The notes beneath the pieces were generated by a model. That model ran no database searches. It saw only the letters and a list, made by a program, of their open reading frames with translations, and was not told the origin of the DNA. The translations under genes were made by a program, and so were the position numbers. From Octopus vulgaris (lineage: Eukaryota), in contig OX597818.1 in NCBI GenBank assembly GCA_951406725.2, forward strand, positions 111,724,001 through 111,788,000: a stretch of DNA of 64,000 nucleotides. The letters are read 5' to 3'. Positions 1 through 13,011 of this stretch are shown here, in pieces; positions within the stretch are counted from its first letter, which is position 1, and the number at the start of each line of letters is the position of its first letter.

Positions 1-46
<46 letters not shown>

Positions 47-594
47 CAAGCACATACATACACATGCATTTGTACACACATATATGCACTGCATAAAGAT
101 ATTTGCAATAAACTGCCGAAGACAAAATATATAAAATGAAATTGTAACGTAATAAAATACAAATACAAAATTATGATTGTCACTTAAATGACAGGCTTCA
201 AAATCTGCGTGTGTTTGTGTGTGTGAGTATGCGTGAGTATTCGTGAGTGATTGTGTTGATGTGTGTTTGTGTTGGAGAGTATCTATTGAACTAAAATAGT
301 ACAATGTAATGATTAACTCTGTTGAATTGAAGGACGTATGTCGATCAACTGCCTGTCTGACCCAGACGGTTTGGTAAATATGAACGATTTTAAGTCGTGT
401 CAACTGCTGGGTTAAGGTCGAAGATGTTTTACGAATGACGAGCGGAGACGGAAGGGGGCAATGGCGGGAACACATGAAATGTAAGAAAGCTGTAACCATA
501 GGGGGTAAGGACCAGACAGACATTGAGGGGCTCTAAGCGTGCACCTCTCACACAGGCAAATACTGGTACGTCATGCAATACAGTAATCCCTCGA

Positions 595-747
595 AAATTC
601 CGCCGGGGTCGACTTTGCCTTTCATCCTATCGGGGTCGATTAAACAAGTACCAGCTACGCACTGGAGTCGATGTAATCGACTTAATTCCTTTGTCTGTCC
701 TTGTTTGTTACCTCTCTGTTTAGCCCCTTGTGGGCAATAAATAAATA
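595..747 (+). mobile_element. SINE family A, 5'-truncated, with 18-bp TSD
   Basis: Matches the family A body (gtcgactttgcctttcatcct..ggggtcga) and tail. Flanked by AATACAGTAATCCCTCGA (577-594) and AATACAATAATCCCTCGA (748-765). Confidence 0.85.
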
Positions 748-749
748 AA

Positions 750-850
750 TACAATAATCCCTCGACTACCGCGGGTATTAAGTTCCAACACACCCTCCCC
801 CCCTCGCGATAAGTGAAAATCCGTGAAGTAGAAACAGTATTGTACAGTAC
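750..850 (+). mobile_element. Probable pogo/Tigger-like DNA transposon terminal remnant
   Basis: TA-CAGTAATCCCTCGACTA.CGCGGG...CGCGATAAGTGAAAATCCGTGAAG resembles Tigger-type TIR starts from memory. No opposite TIR seen. Confidence 0.45.
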
Positions 851-884
851 AGTTTTTTAAAAATCATTTTTTAGAATTTTACTA

Positions 885-1080
885 TTTTATTCTTTTACTT
901 GTTTGAGTCATTTGACTGCGGCCATGCTGAAGCACCGCCTTCAGTCGAACGAATCAACCCCAGGACTTATTCATTAAGCGTAGTACTTATTCTATCGGTC
1001 ACTTTCACCGAACCGCTAGTTTAAGGGGACGTAAACACACCAACATCGGTTGTCAAGTGATGGTGGGGGGGAGACAAATA
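885..1080 (-). mobile_element. SINE family B, 3' half
   Basis: Reverse complement of the B tail (ggcggtgctccagcatggccgcagtcaaatgact) and body seen in full at 60138-60572. Confidence 0.85.
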
Positions 1081-1509
1081 ATAATTTGAACTCAGAACAG
1101 AATTTGAACTCAGAAAGTAGCGGCAGACGAAATACCGCTTAGCATTTCATCCAGTGTGCTAACGGTTTGGTCACCTCATAGGTGGGGGGGGGGGGGGCGG
1201 CGGAAGATTACATCGAACCCAAGTATTTTACTGGTACTTATTTTATCCACCCTGAAAGGATAGCAGAACATCGCAGTACGAGTGCACCATTGTACGACTA
1301 ATTTACTGTACGAGCCGAGGCTCTTGCGAATTTTTGTCTTAAATTACGAGCAGAAATCTGCACTACAACAAACATACACAAATGGTCCCACTTTTAAGGT
1401 AATTCAGTTAATAAAACCAGCTTCCATATTTCTTTCGCATTCTCTCTTTTTTATAATTGTTATGTTACTTGTAGCTACATCTTTTCTGTATCTATATTTT
1501 AATATAAAT

Positions 1510-1510
<1 letters not shown>

Positions 1511-1591
<81 letters not shown>
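1511..1591. repeat. (CA)n microsatellite, representative of many CA/TG tracts (also 1-45, 5826-5890, 17887-17953, 41082-41189, 58856-58928, 61964-62092)
   Basis: Direct reading. Confidence 0.98.
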
Positions 1592-1593
<2 letters not shown>

Positions 1594-1733
1594 ACACATG
1601 CAAATGAAATTAAATCCGCATACGTGAACGTAAGTATTTGATGTACGATCGTGTTTTTGTCTCTTTGTCATTGCATACGTAAGCGCAAAACTAATGCGCA
1701 ACTAATGTGCGTGTGTATGTGAATGTGTGTGTG

Positions 1734-1765
<32 letters not shown>

Positions 1766-2289
1766 AGCGTACGTGTTTTACGTGCGTACATATGTACGTG
1801 AATGTGTTTTGTGACGTCAGATGACGCAGGAAACAACGAAATCGATGGCGTACTCGGCGGGGCCAGGATGGGGAGATCTAATAATGAAACGTAATAATTT
1901 AGAATTCGCTCCATTTGATCCTGGCGACGCCGCCGGTAGGGATAGTGGTGGCGGTGTAGACGTTGATGGCATTTGTATTATTTTTGTTGTTGCTGTTGTG
2001 AGTGTTGTTGTCTCCTCCCCGTTCCAAGTCGACCGAGAATATGGAAGCATGTTATGAAAGACGTTCTAGCCATGCCCGTCCCTCTTTATATCGAAGACTT
2101 CAATCTACATTAACCGATGTAAATATTTATTTTCGAAAGCGCTGTGTTATCTGAGGGAGAATTGGCTGCTATATTGGTGATTTGCTATGATAATCGAACA
2201 GTTTGGTGAAGCTGGGAGTGGTGGTGGAGGGGTAAGATAATGTTGTTGTAGGTGGTGAGAGAGATAGAGTCGGGGATCAACATGATGGT

Positions 2290-3086
2290 GGTGTTGTTGG
2301 GAGGGGTGGTGGAGATTACATTGAACCCAAGTATTTTACTGGTATTTATTTTATCCACCCTGAAACGATGTAAAGGTGGAGTTGACTGAGGCGAGATTTG
2401 AACTTAGAACTCAAAGACAAACGAAATGCTGCTGATCATTTTGTTAGCGATTCTGTCAGCTTGTCGCCTTACTAAGGCCAGCAATTTCTGGAGAAGTGCT
2501 CCATAGATTACATCAATCCCAGAGATCAACTGATACTCTATTATTTTTAACGACCTCGAAAGGATGAAAGGCAAAGTCGACATCGGCGGAATTTGAACTC
2601 AGAACATAAAGACAGACGAAATACCTATCTCTTTACTACCCACATGGGGCTAAACACAGAGAGGACAAACAAGGACAGGCAAACAGATTAAGTCGATTAC
2701 ATCGACCCCAGTGCGTAACTGGTACTTATTTAATCGACCCCAGTGCGTAACTGGTACTTATTTAATCGACCCCAGTGCGTAACTGGTACTTATTTAATCG
2801 ACCCCGAAAGAATGAAAGGCAAAGTCGACCTAGGCAGGATTTAAACTCAGATGAAATACATATTTCCTTACTACCCACAAGGGGCTAAACACAGAGAGGA
2901 CAAACAAGGACAGACAAACGGATTAAGTCGATTATATCGACCCCAGTGCGTAACTGGTACTTATTTAATCGACCCCGAAAGGATGAAAGGCAATGTCGAC
3001 CTCTGCGGAATTTGAACTCAGAACGTAAAGACGGACGAAATATTGCTAAGCATTTCGTCCGGGCGTGCTAACGATTCTGCCAGCTC
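2290..3086 (-). mobile_element. Tandem cluster of about 4 family A SINE units
   Basis: Repeated gaaaggatgaaaggcaaagtcgac..ggaatttgaactcag units. Head ends at ctgccagctc (about 3086). Confidence 0.9.
2702..2805. repeat. 32-bp tandem triplication inside SINE A
   Basis: TCGACCCCAGTGCGTAACTGGTACTTATTTAA starts at 2702, 2734 and 2766, with a partial copy at 2798. Confidence 0.95.
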
Positions 3087-3414
3087 CAATAATGATAATA
3101 ATAAATACACCACCAGCTCCACCAGCAGCAGCAGCAGCATCACCACCACCACCACCACCACCACCACCACCACGTTGGCAACAGGATTGACCTACCTGTT
3201 GCAAAGACCACTGCGTCCCAGCTTGTTTTTTGCTTCCCAGTTACCATCTCACTCCTCTTCCCACAACTCTCAAAGTTTGCACAGGAAAAGAAATTAAGAA
3301 TGCAAAAGAAAGAGCAAAAAAGAAAAAGAAGAAAAAAAAGGGAGAGGAAGAAAAGCAGGTCATGGACATCACCTTTCGCCTATGACTCAGTCACAGCAGA
3401 CACACAGACACACA

Positions 3415-3453
<39 letters not shown>

Positions 3454-3782
3454 CTGTGTGACATCATAGCAACTGCAATGCATTCTCCGCTTACATTCTG
3501 CCAGATTTTAAAAAAATTGAACCAACTCAGATTCCATGCGTTCGTTTCTCTATTGTTGTATTGTTCTAGATTTAAATAACTCCATACACACACCCACCCA
3601 CACACACACACACACGCACACACACATACACACACGTACACACACGCATGCGCACAGAGAGGATTCTCTCACGTTTCTTTGTTTTTCTTTTTCCTACCTT
3701 TACATAAGTTTCTCACAATCAGCTCTCTTCAAAATATCTAAAACCACCACCCACATACATTCGAGAATGCACACATGCACCG

Positions 3783-3818
<36 letters not shown>

Positions 3819-3906
3819 ACATACACACAGGCATAGACACACACAAGTATATGTGTCTATGTGCGTTCGATTCCAGGCAGTGATCTGAATAATAATAATA
3901 ATAATG

Positions 3907-4010
<104 letters not shown>

Positions 4011-4059
4011 AATAATAATATTGATAATAATAATAATGATAATAATAATAATAATAACA

Positions 4060-4300
4060 ACCCTTATTCAGGGACCGTTTGAGCGGGATGGGCTACTCAA
4101 CCTGAAGAAAATTCTAACTGGGCCCCACCTGCAAGGTCATGTGCTGTTTATCTTGATATGAGATCACCATGTCACGCACATATGGTTGTGATGCATGTGC
4201 CTGGTGTACCTTTATCAGACGGGTAGTCATGATGGGTATATTGGGCTTCGTATATTTTACCCCAGTGTCACTTTGATGGCATGAACTGCTCTCTCACTCA
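4060..4300 (+). mobile_element. Nested insertion in the (AAT)n tract, probably a non-LTR retrotransposon 3' end
   Basis: About 240 bp that is absent from the family E copy at 53 kb, bounded on both sides by AAT repeats. Confidence 0.6.
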
Positions 4301-4404
4301 ATAATAATAATAATAATAATAATAATAATCATAATAATAATAATAATAATAACAACATCGAAAAATACCTTAGGAATGAGAACCCAGGTTCAAAATTTCT
4401 CCAA

Positions 4405-4450
4405 GACACCTGATGAAGGCTGGAGGATATATCAGCCGAAATGTTGTGTT
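4405..4450 (+). ncRNA. Minimal type-I hammerhead ribozyme motif (family E)
   Basis: GACAC-CTGATGA-A-GGCTG..CAGCC-GAAA-TG-TT-GTGTT. Both core boxes present, 5-bp stem II, stem I GACAC/GTGTT. Confidence 0.7.
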
Positions 4451-4540
4451 AACAACAAATAAGATGAGGATAAATATCCATCAAATGTAAATAATGTAAA
4501 TAATGAACAAATTTGTGTTAGATATATACGTATATATACG

Positions 4541-4541
<1 letters not shown>

Positions 4542-4639
<98 letters not shown>
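4542..4639. repeat. (TATC)n microsatellite (also 22256-22435)
   Basis: Direct reading. Confidence 0.97.
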
Positions 4640-5128
4640 GCATGACTGTCCGTTTGTCTTTGTCCGTTGTGTTTGCATATGTTTTAGATGTAAGTATTGA
4701 GTGACCGAGGGGCAAAAAGGCGAAGAAGAGAGAGAGAGAAAGAGGGAGGGAAGGAGTAGGAGAGAAACGTGGGGAGGAAAGAAAATAAATGATGTGTAGA
4801 ACAATCGTACATATTTGGATCAAACATTCCTTGAAATTCCAAAAACTGTAACTGGCAGGCTTTCTTTTAACACAAGCATTCATTGATGTTTACATCAAAA
4901 GCTGAAAATACACAAAAACACACACACACACACACAGGGTGCGCACGCACGCGCGCACACGTGTTGAATAGATACACAGCACGTGCTGCTGGAGTGCTTA
5001 TAATCATCTTACATACAAACATATATACAACGATGGCTCTAATACCAACGGTCCATCATCATCCCGTCACGATCTGAATGCTTTCCTCACAATTTGAGAT
5101 CTGGATAAGTTTAATATAGGTTTAATAC

Positions 5129-5176
<48 letters not shown>

Positions 5177-5265
5177 TATATATTTAAGAACACTATACAT
5201 TTCGACATTTTTTCTCACGTGGTACATATCATTTATATGCATTTATATATGTATATATACATATA

Positions 5266-5323
<58 letters not shown>

Positions 5324-5443
5324 AGGGGAGGGTTATATACACAATGTTCCTGTATATTTATATTCATTTATGAACCATCCTCCATATATATTACACATAT
5401 ACATGCATACAAAACACACACACATACACACACATATACACAG

Positions 5444-5484
<41 letters not shown>

Positions 5485-5624
5485 TATGGTGCCCCACATA
5501 TGACTAAAAGATTTCACCGGGTGGAGCTGTTCAGTTACACATACATACATATATATACATATATACATATACTAATATGACTATATACATGGTTGTGCGT
5601 GTAAAATGTATTCTTTTCTTCTTG

Positions 5625-5821
5625 CTTTTCTTTTATTTGTTTCAGTCATGTTGACTGCGGCCATGCTGGGGCACCGCCCTTAGTCGAATACATAGACCCC
5701 AGGACTTATTCTTTGTAAGCCTAGTACTTATTCTATCGGTCTCTTTTGCCGAACCACTAATTTACGGGGACGTAAACACCAACATCGCTTGTCAAGCGAT
5801 GGTGGGAGACAAACATACACA

Positions 5822-5830
<9 letters not shown>
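5625..5830 (-). mobile_element. SINE family B, 3' half
   Basis: Homology to 60350-60570. Confidence 0.85.
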
Positions 5831-5886
<56 letters not shown>

Positions 5887-6025
5887 ACACTGATACTACT
5901 AACCCTAATTCAAACTAATAGCAGGGGAAATTCCTCTTCGATCAATGTCATACTTATATGCCCCAATGAGACCGTACCAATAATGCATAAATCGCTGCAT
6001 ATATTTATATGAAACAATATGAATT

Positions 6026-6225
6026 TATTTCGTTTTTGGATGTGGTTCGCAAGATTCTTTATGTGAGTTCGTGTGTTGAAGCATATTCTGTTGTGTCTGG
6101 AGAGAGTAATTTTCTTTTTGTGCCTTATAATGAATGTAACACACTCACCGATAAAATTTCCACTTATTTTTTATTTTTATTTTCCGAAAATTTTCGTTGC
6201 GTCTTGCAACCTTTTCAATAGTCTC
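6026..6225. mobile_element. Dispersed repeat family G (second copy at 57763-58040)
   Basis: atttcgtttttggat.tggttcgcaagattcttta..ctcaccg.taaaat is shared with 57763-57890. Confidence 0.8.
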
Positions 6226-6289
6226 GACTCTGTTATTTTAGGAAAACAAAAAATCTCTGCTCTCACCGACGCCGCTGGAGCGCTACACA

Positions 6290-6700
6290 ATTTGTGTGAT
6301 GTGGAAAATATTCTATCAGTATTGCACAAATGATGCTGACATCAATTTTAAATTCCATCCAATACTTGGCCCCTGTACTGTCCGCCCACGACAAAAGTCG
6401 AACTCAGGACACGTAACAACATTACGTCAGAATTACTTTACCTCAACCGGTCCAGCTCTCTTTAATACCATACCAAAATACGTCGAAACGGAAACGAATC
6501 CCATAAAGTTCAAACGGTCACTGGACAAATTTCTTCAAAAAATTCCAAACAAACCTCCTACACCCGGATATGTCTCCAATAATAATAACTTCTGGCTAGG
6601 GTGGGCCATGGTACCCCATATATGACTAAAAGACTTCACCAAGTGGTGCTGTTAAGTTAGACATGGCCTAGGCCTATACTGGCCGAAACCTATCAAATTT
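6290..6700 (+). pseudogene. CR1-group-like LINE ORF2 C-terminus and 3' UTR remnant
   Basis: NYFTSTGPALFNTIPK..FKRSLDKFLQKIPNKP is typical of LINE ORF2 C-termini. Related fragments at 5486-5540 (+) and 32650-32975 (-). Confidence 0.75.
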
Positions 6701-7492
6701 TTATATATATATTCGTGTTTGTGCTTGTGTACACAGATAGGCATGGGCTAAATGATGTGTTGTTGAGACTTTCGTTTCGCCATCCCATCGTTTTATTTCC
6801 GATCTCAGCACATAGCACCTCAGAGAAACGTCTTCTAAATTAGTCTTCACTTGACAAATGCCTTTTGAAAGAAAGTTGGAAGATGGAACCGCTGTGAAAA
6901 CCCGTCGTGCCTGAGTTTGTATATATGTGTATGTGTGTGTGTGTGTGTGTGTGTCTACGTGCGTGTGAGTTTAAGAAAGTACATCGATTCTTTTACAATT
7001 TCTCCAAATGAGAGGTCTATTCCAAGCTGTAAAATACGAGTTAATTAGAATTGCGATGCCGACTGAGCCGCCTATTTCACCTCCCGCTATTTATTCCATT
7101 GTTCATATTCCCAAATATCAGAGAGTTTCATTCACTGCTTCCTTATAAACATGTTCTTTATGTGAACATTTTTTTCTTCAAATAGTAAATGATCTCACAC
7201 TACGATAATGTCGAGAACATGATGAGTTACCTGTCTTTAGTGTTGCTTATTTAATGAAAAGAGACAAGAAATATATATCACCATTTTTTTCTTGTTAAAT
7301 ACTAACCTACTTTTTGGCGAATGAATGACTTAATCCAGTAGCTGCAAAAGCGAAAAATACCATAACAGAAAGCGGAAACAGCAATCATTTAAAGTGAAGG
7401 GGTAAGTTGTAAATTGCGTCTTATATCAACCAAACATGGCGTCTCGTTTCTTATTGTATAAACAAAAAAAAAGAGAGCAAGAGATTGTGAGG

Positions 7493-7560
<68 letters not shown>

Positions 7561-7990
7561 ATTCGTGTTCGGTGTGTACTTTTTATTTAGACACTGTCAG
7601 TTTGGAATGTTGCAGTTTGGTGTAATTAACTAGTGACCGTGCACTGACCAATGGCTGTGATTGACAAGGCAAAGAAACTGCTGGAGGCCAGCTGTCTGCC
7701 TGTCAGTTAGTTTCGGTGGTTTGGGAATATTTCAAATACACCAAAAGATCAATCAGTATTACAGCTAATACAAATGTTAAACAAACTTTTTACGAGTTGA
7801 AAAGATAAATCTTCTCTCTGGATATTTTGCCTTTAATGGCCTCAGTTTAACACTCTGTCCTGATGTGAATATTTTACGAAACTCTTACCGAGATTGTTTT
7901 ATGTTTTTGGCACCATTTTGGCACCATTTTAACCTAGATCGAGCAGTCCTTACTCGACCAGACTTATGTTTTTTATATAAACTCGTTCGA

Positions 7991-8368
7991 AAGGCGGCGA
8001 GCTGGCAGAATCGTTAGTACGCCGGGCGAAATGCGTAGCCGTATTTCGTCTGTCGCTACGTTCTGAGTTCAAATTCCGCCGAGGTCGACTTTGCCTTTCA
8101 TCCTTTCGGGGTCGATTAAATAAGTACCAGTTACACACTGAGGTCGATGTAATCGACTTAATCCGTTTGTATATCTTTGTTTGTCCTCTCTGTGTTTAAC
8201 CCCTTGTGGTAGTAAAGGAATAGGTATTTCGTCTGTCTATACGTTCTGAGTTCAAATTCCGCGGTGGTCGACTTTGCATTTCATAATTTCAGGGTCGATA
8301 AATTAATTTATCTAATCGACTGGCCCCTTCCCCAAAATTTCGGGCCTTGTGCCTAGAGTAGAATAAAA
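7991..8368 (+). mobile_element. SINE family A with full head and partial dimer, 16-bp TSD
   Basis: Starts aaggcggcgagctggcagaatcgt (A-box), B-box gagttcaaattcc. TSD ATATAAACTCGTTCGA (7975-7990) / ATATAAACTAGTTCGA (8369-8384). Confidence 0.92.
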
Positions 8369-8499
8369 ATATAAACTAGTTCGAGGAACACATTTATAAT
8401 GTCTGTTTGTTTTAAAGAGGGACGGGTGTGATTTCAGGGAGATTTAGTTACTATTTCTAGCAGTTCGAGTGACCTTGTTCATTTCATGTTTTCTATAAC

Positions 8500-8980
8500 T
8501 TATCTTTTATTTGTTTCAGTCATTAGATGCGGCCATGCTGGGGTACCGCCTTAAAGTGTGACAAGGCTGGCCCCTTTGAAATACAGGTACAACAGAAACA
8601 GGAAGAGGAAGTGAGAGAATGGACTTAATTTTTTTAGAGCCTCTTAACTATTTTATAGGTCGGTTTTACCAAACCCTTAAATTACGGAGACGTAAACACG
8701 CCAACACCGGTTGTCAAGCGGTAGTGCGGGACAAACACAGACACAAGGACACACATGCACAGACAGACAGACAGACACACACACAGAGACACACACACAG
8801 AGACACACACACACATATGACGGACTTCTTTCAATTTCGGTATACCAAATCCTCTCATAAGGTTTTGGTCGAACCGAGGCTACAGTAGAAGATACTTGCC
8901 CAAGGTGCCACGCTGTAAGAGTGAACCTGGAACCATGTGGTTAGGAAGCAAGCTTCTTACCACACACCCACGACTGCACC
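8500..8980 (-). mobile_element. SINE family B, full length, carrying a family C fragment (about 8556-8620)
   Basis: B head and tail present. Internal gtgtgacaaggctggcccctttgaaatacaggtac matches family C. Confidence 0.85.
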
Positions 8981-9022
8981 CATTTCAATGACTAAATGTT
9001 TTCCCTTCCTGACCAAACTGTT

Positions 9023-9473
9023 TCCCTCTCTATTCTTTTCTACTCTATGCACAATGCCCGAAATTTTGGGGGGAGGGGGACCAGTCGATTAGATCAACCC
9101 CAGTACACAACTGGTACTTAATTTATCGACTTCGAAAGGATAAAAGGTAAAGTCGACCTCAGCGGAATTTGAACTCACAACGTAAAGTCTGGCGAAATAC
9201 CACAAAGCATTTGGCGCGGTGTGATAACGTTTCCACCAGCTCGCCACCTTAATAATAATGTTTTCCACTAAAGGCCAAAGACCTGAAATTTGATGGGAGG
9301 GGATTAGTCAATTAGATCGACCCCAGTACATAACTGGTACTTAATTTATCGACTTCGAAAGTATAAAAGGTTAAGTCGACAACAGCGGGATTTGAACTCA
9401 GAACGTAAAGTCTGGCAAAATACCACAAAGCATTTCGGCCGGTGTGCTAACGATTCTGCCAGATGGCCGCCTT
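9023..9473 (-). mobile_element. Tandem pair of family A SINEs within a 52-bp direct repeat
   Basis: Two A units. Flanks 8971-9022 and 9474-9525 match with 3 mismatches. Confidence 0.88.
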
Positions 9474-9984
9474 CGACTGCGCCCATTTCAATGACTGAAT
9501 GTTTTCCCTTCCTAACCAAACTGTTCACCATCCCCGATCCCCGCTATTGTTATCGTAATAGACGAGATTTGTTTATATTGGTGTGTTGCTTGAATGTCAG
9601 TAGTTCACTTGTAATTGTTGTTTTAGAATCTAAAGTTGATGATGACAGTAACGAGAATATCGTGCCTAATGATGACAATGATAAAGTTGAGCAAAACAAC
9701 GAAAGTCTGTTGAGGTCGTTGGAAATGGTGAGAATCATAACAAACCGTAAATTTAATAACACACAAGTCATTGATGTTAATGGGACTTTTAGCGTTTTTT
9801 TTTGTGCCTTCCCAAAGAGCAGCCAGCTTGTGGAAAGCGATAATTCGTTGAAATTTATTAAATGCCATGCAATATTTAGTTTGTTTTTCGAAGGCAGAGA
9901 GCTGGCAGAATCGTTGTTAGCAAACTGCTTAACGGTTCTGGGTTCATATTCTGCCGAAGGGGTTGATAAAATAAGTACCACAGT

Positions 9985-10135
9985 TTATATTTGAGAGATG
10001 AGGAATTATGTACATTATTTACATTATTTACATTTGACGGGTATTTGTCCTCATCTTGTTTGTTGTTAACATAACACCCCTCCAGCCTTCATCAGGTGTC
10101 TTGGGGGAATTTCGAACCTGGATTCTCATTCTCCT
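9985..10135 (-). mobile_element. Family E tail fragment; HHR partly deleted
   Basis: Reverse complement of 53185-53337. Keeps CTGATGAAGGCTGG but lacks CAGCCGAAAC. Confidence 0.85.
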
Positions 10136-10480
10136 GAATGAAAACCCACATATATACACCCATTTCGGAGAATGGTTCAGTCGATTTATATTGTCCTCGG
10201 TATTTGCGTGGGATTTTATTTCATAAAGTACGTAAGAAAGGAATGGTAATTTAGCCTTTGCAGAATTTGAAATTGGAATCAAAAGTACCATAACTAAGTT
10301 CAGAATGAATTCTGTCCCGCGCTGAAATAATTACGCCGTTTTAACAAGAACTACGGCAACTATAAATGGAAAACTAAATTGAAAAGTTAAGAGGAAACAA
10401 ATACGTTTGAAATTCGATGAGATTGTGTTTGGTGAGGGCAGAAGATTACAGAGGGGGTGCTTGAGGTTATTTCATTGACC

Positions 10481-10554
10481 CATACATACATACAAACATA
10501 CATACATACATACATACATACATACATACATACATACATACATACATGCATACA

Positions 10555-10588
<34 letters not shown>

Positions 10589-11080
10589 CATACATATATA
10601 CATACATACATGCATACATGCATACATACATACATATATACATACATACATATATATACATGCATACATATATGCCTGCATACATATATACATATAAGTA
10701 TATGCAGGCATACATATACATGCTTGCATACATATATACAGACGTGCATACATATATATATACACATATACACACAAATACACACACACAAATACATAGA
10801 TACATACATACAGGCATACATATATACACACGTGCATACATATATACACACATATAGACACAAATACATAGATACATACATACATAGATACATACATACA
10901 TAGATATATACATACACATATACATACATATACATGCAAGCATACATACATACACACGTGCATACACATATGCACACATATACACACACAAATACACACA
11001 CACACAAATTCATGGATACATACATACATACTTACATAGATGCATACATACTTGCATCCATCCATCCATCCATCCATCCA
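10481..11080. repeat. Degenerate (ACAT)n tract
   Basis: Direct reading. Source of the long MYVC/HTYI pseudo-ORFs. Confidence 0.95.
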
Positions 11081-11489
11081 TACACTGCACACATACACAG
11101 AGCCCTAGAGAGAGAGAGAGAGAGAGAGAGAGTGAGGGAGTTACAAGGAAGAGAGAGAAAGGGAGGACTGAGTAGAACATCAAGTGTATAGAGTTCCATC
11201 GAGTGCAGTTCAAGTGGCGTTCAAGGTGGGGAAGAAGCGCAAAGAGAGAAGGAAGTGTAGGAGGCGGTGGTGGTGGTGGGGAAGGGTGCAGCGGAAACAA
11301 TTAAAGTGTGTGCGAGAACGTTCAAAGTGGAACGACAAAGTGGAACAGAAGATTTGTGATACACATTAAAAAAACATTAAATATGAACGCCCATTGAGTT
11401 GGAATTTCGAAACTGATCGCTTGAAACTAATCAATTTTGAAGGGAAATATCTTGAAATATGTACGGCAGAAACTGCCATTAATATACCA

Positions 11490-11760
11490 CCTTAAACACA
11501 CTAAAATTACCTACCTACCTACTTATTTACCTACCTACCTATTTACCTACCAACCTACCTACTAACCTACCTACCTATTTACCTACCTACCTACCTACCT
11601 ACCTAAACACACTAAAATTACCTACCTACCTACTTATTTACCTACCTACCTATTTACCTACCAACCTACCTACTAACCTACCTACCTATTTTTACCTACC
11701 TACCTACCTACCTACCTACCTACCTACCTACCTACCTACATACCTACCTACCTACATAAC
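11490..11760. repeat. (ACCT)n tract with a 111-bp higher-order duplication
   Basis: taaacacactaaaattacctacc starts at both 11493 and 11604. Confidence 0.9.
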
Positions 11761-12440
11761 ATCTACCTGTCTTTCTATCTACAAACGTATCTATCATCTA
11801 TCCATTTATCTATCTATCCATAACTCTCTTTCTCTCTTTCTCCCCACTCTCTTATCTCTCTCCCTCTTTCTTTCCCTCTCTCTGTCTGTCAGTCTCTGTC
11901 TGTCTGTCTCTATCTGTCTCTGTCTCTCTCTCTCTCTGTCTCTCTCTCTTATCTCTTCTCCCGCTCATTGTTATTATTTTCGTTTTTGAAGTGCGTTCTA
12001 AATGAATTATAAAATTATTATGGAACTACAAGAAACAGAATATTGTGTTGGGATTCCACGAACATAATGAGTGCACACACTTCTGCGATAGGTTAGGTTA
12101 ATTGCACAACATTTCCTCAGAATGGTGTTCCCTGCCAATCTCCAAAATTGTGTGAAAGGCCAGTTTAGTGCAAATGATTAATTTTAGAGCAGAAAAATGG
12201 GTGGATCATATCCCGACCTGAAAACTAATGGCGTTATAAAAGAAATAAATATATATATGAATACATAAAATCTTCATTTTTAATGCTTCAGTTTTGGGAA
12301 TTTTAAAAAGAACCTAATGCGGGTTTCGAGAATGGAGATAACGGAAGTGAAAAGTATGGCGGAAAGCATGTTTCATTTTTTATTGTAAAGTTAAAGACAA
12401 AAGCGAGATCATATCGCAAGTTGAGGAAGATAACATTGTA

Positions 12441-12481
<41 letters not shown>

Positions 12482-12607
12482 ATATAATTTCAATAATAAT
12501 AAAAGGGTAAAATTAATTAATTAATAATAATTAATTAATTAATTAATTAATAATTTTACCAAGTAGTTCGGTACGTTAAAATAAATTTTACCTACACATA
12601 CACACAC

Positions 12608-12666
<59 letters not shown>

Positions 12667-12669
12667 ATA

Positions 12670-12701
<32 letters not shown>

Positions 12702-12980
12702 AATGCATGTATGTATATACGCATATACAAAACATGTGTGTATCTGTATGCACTCACACACACACGTATGTTAATGGTATCAAAGGTAGAATGTAACTAT
12801 TTTCATTTGGCGAAAGCAAAATTATCTAAAATTAAATTTCATCGAACGGAAACGTATTTGAAGAATCGGGCGTTCATTTTGACCGCTTGGTTTTCGTTGA
12901 TGGAGAGACTTTTAGTTTCAATTAGAATTCGTTCTGGATGACCGAATCAACTTATACATAGATACTTACATTCACGTATA

Positions 12981-13011
<31 letters not shown>

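Noticed and set aside
330-520. Possible RTE 3' end relics (also 51690-51930, 52620-52815, 53340-53640)
   Set aside because: Only vague peptide resemblance, too decayed to call without a profile search.
2702-2805. 32-bp repeats resembling a CRISPR array
   Set aside because: No spacers. It is a slippage triplication inside SINE A, in a eukaryotic context with no cas genes.
9392-9994. 200-aa ORF
   Set aside because: It begins and ends in SINE A sequence, and the middle has no recognisable domain or clear splice signals.
10387-11098. Long ORFs of about 150-250 aa here and at 54907-56296
   Set aside because: Translations of stop-poor microsatellites (YIYI, MYVC, HTHT).
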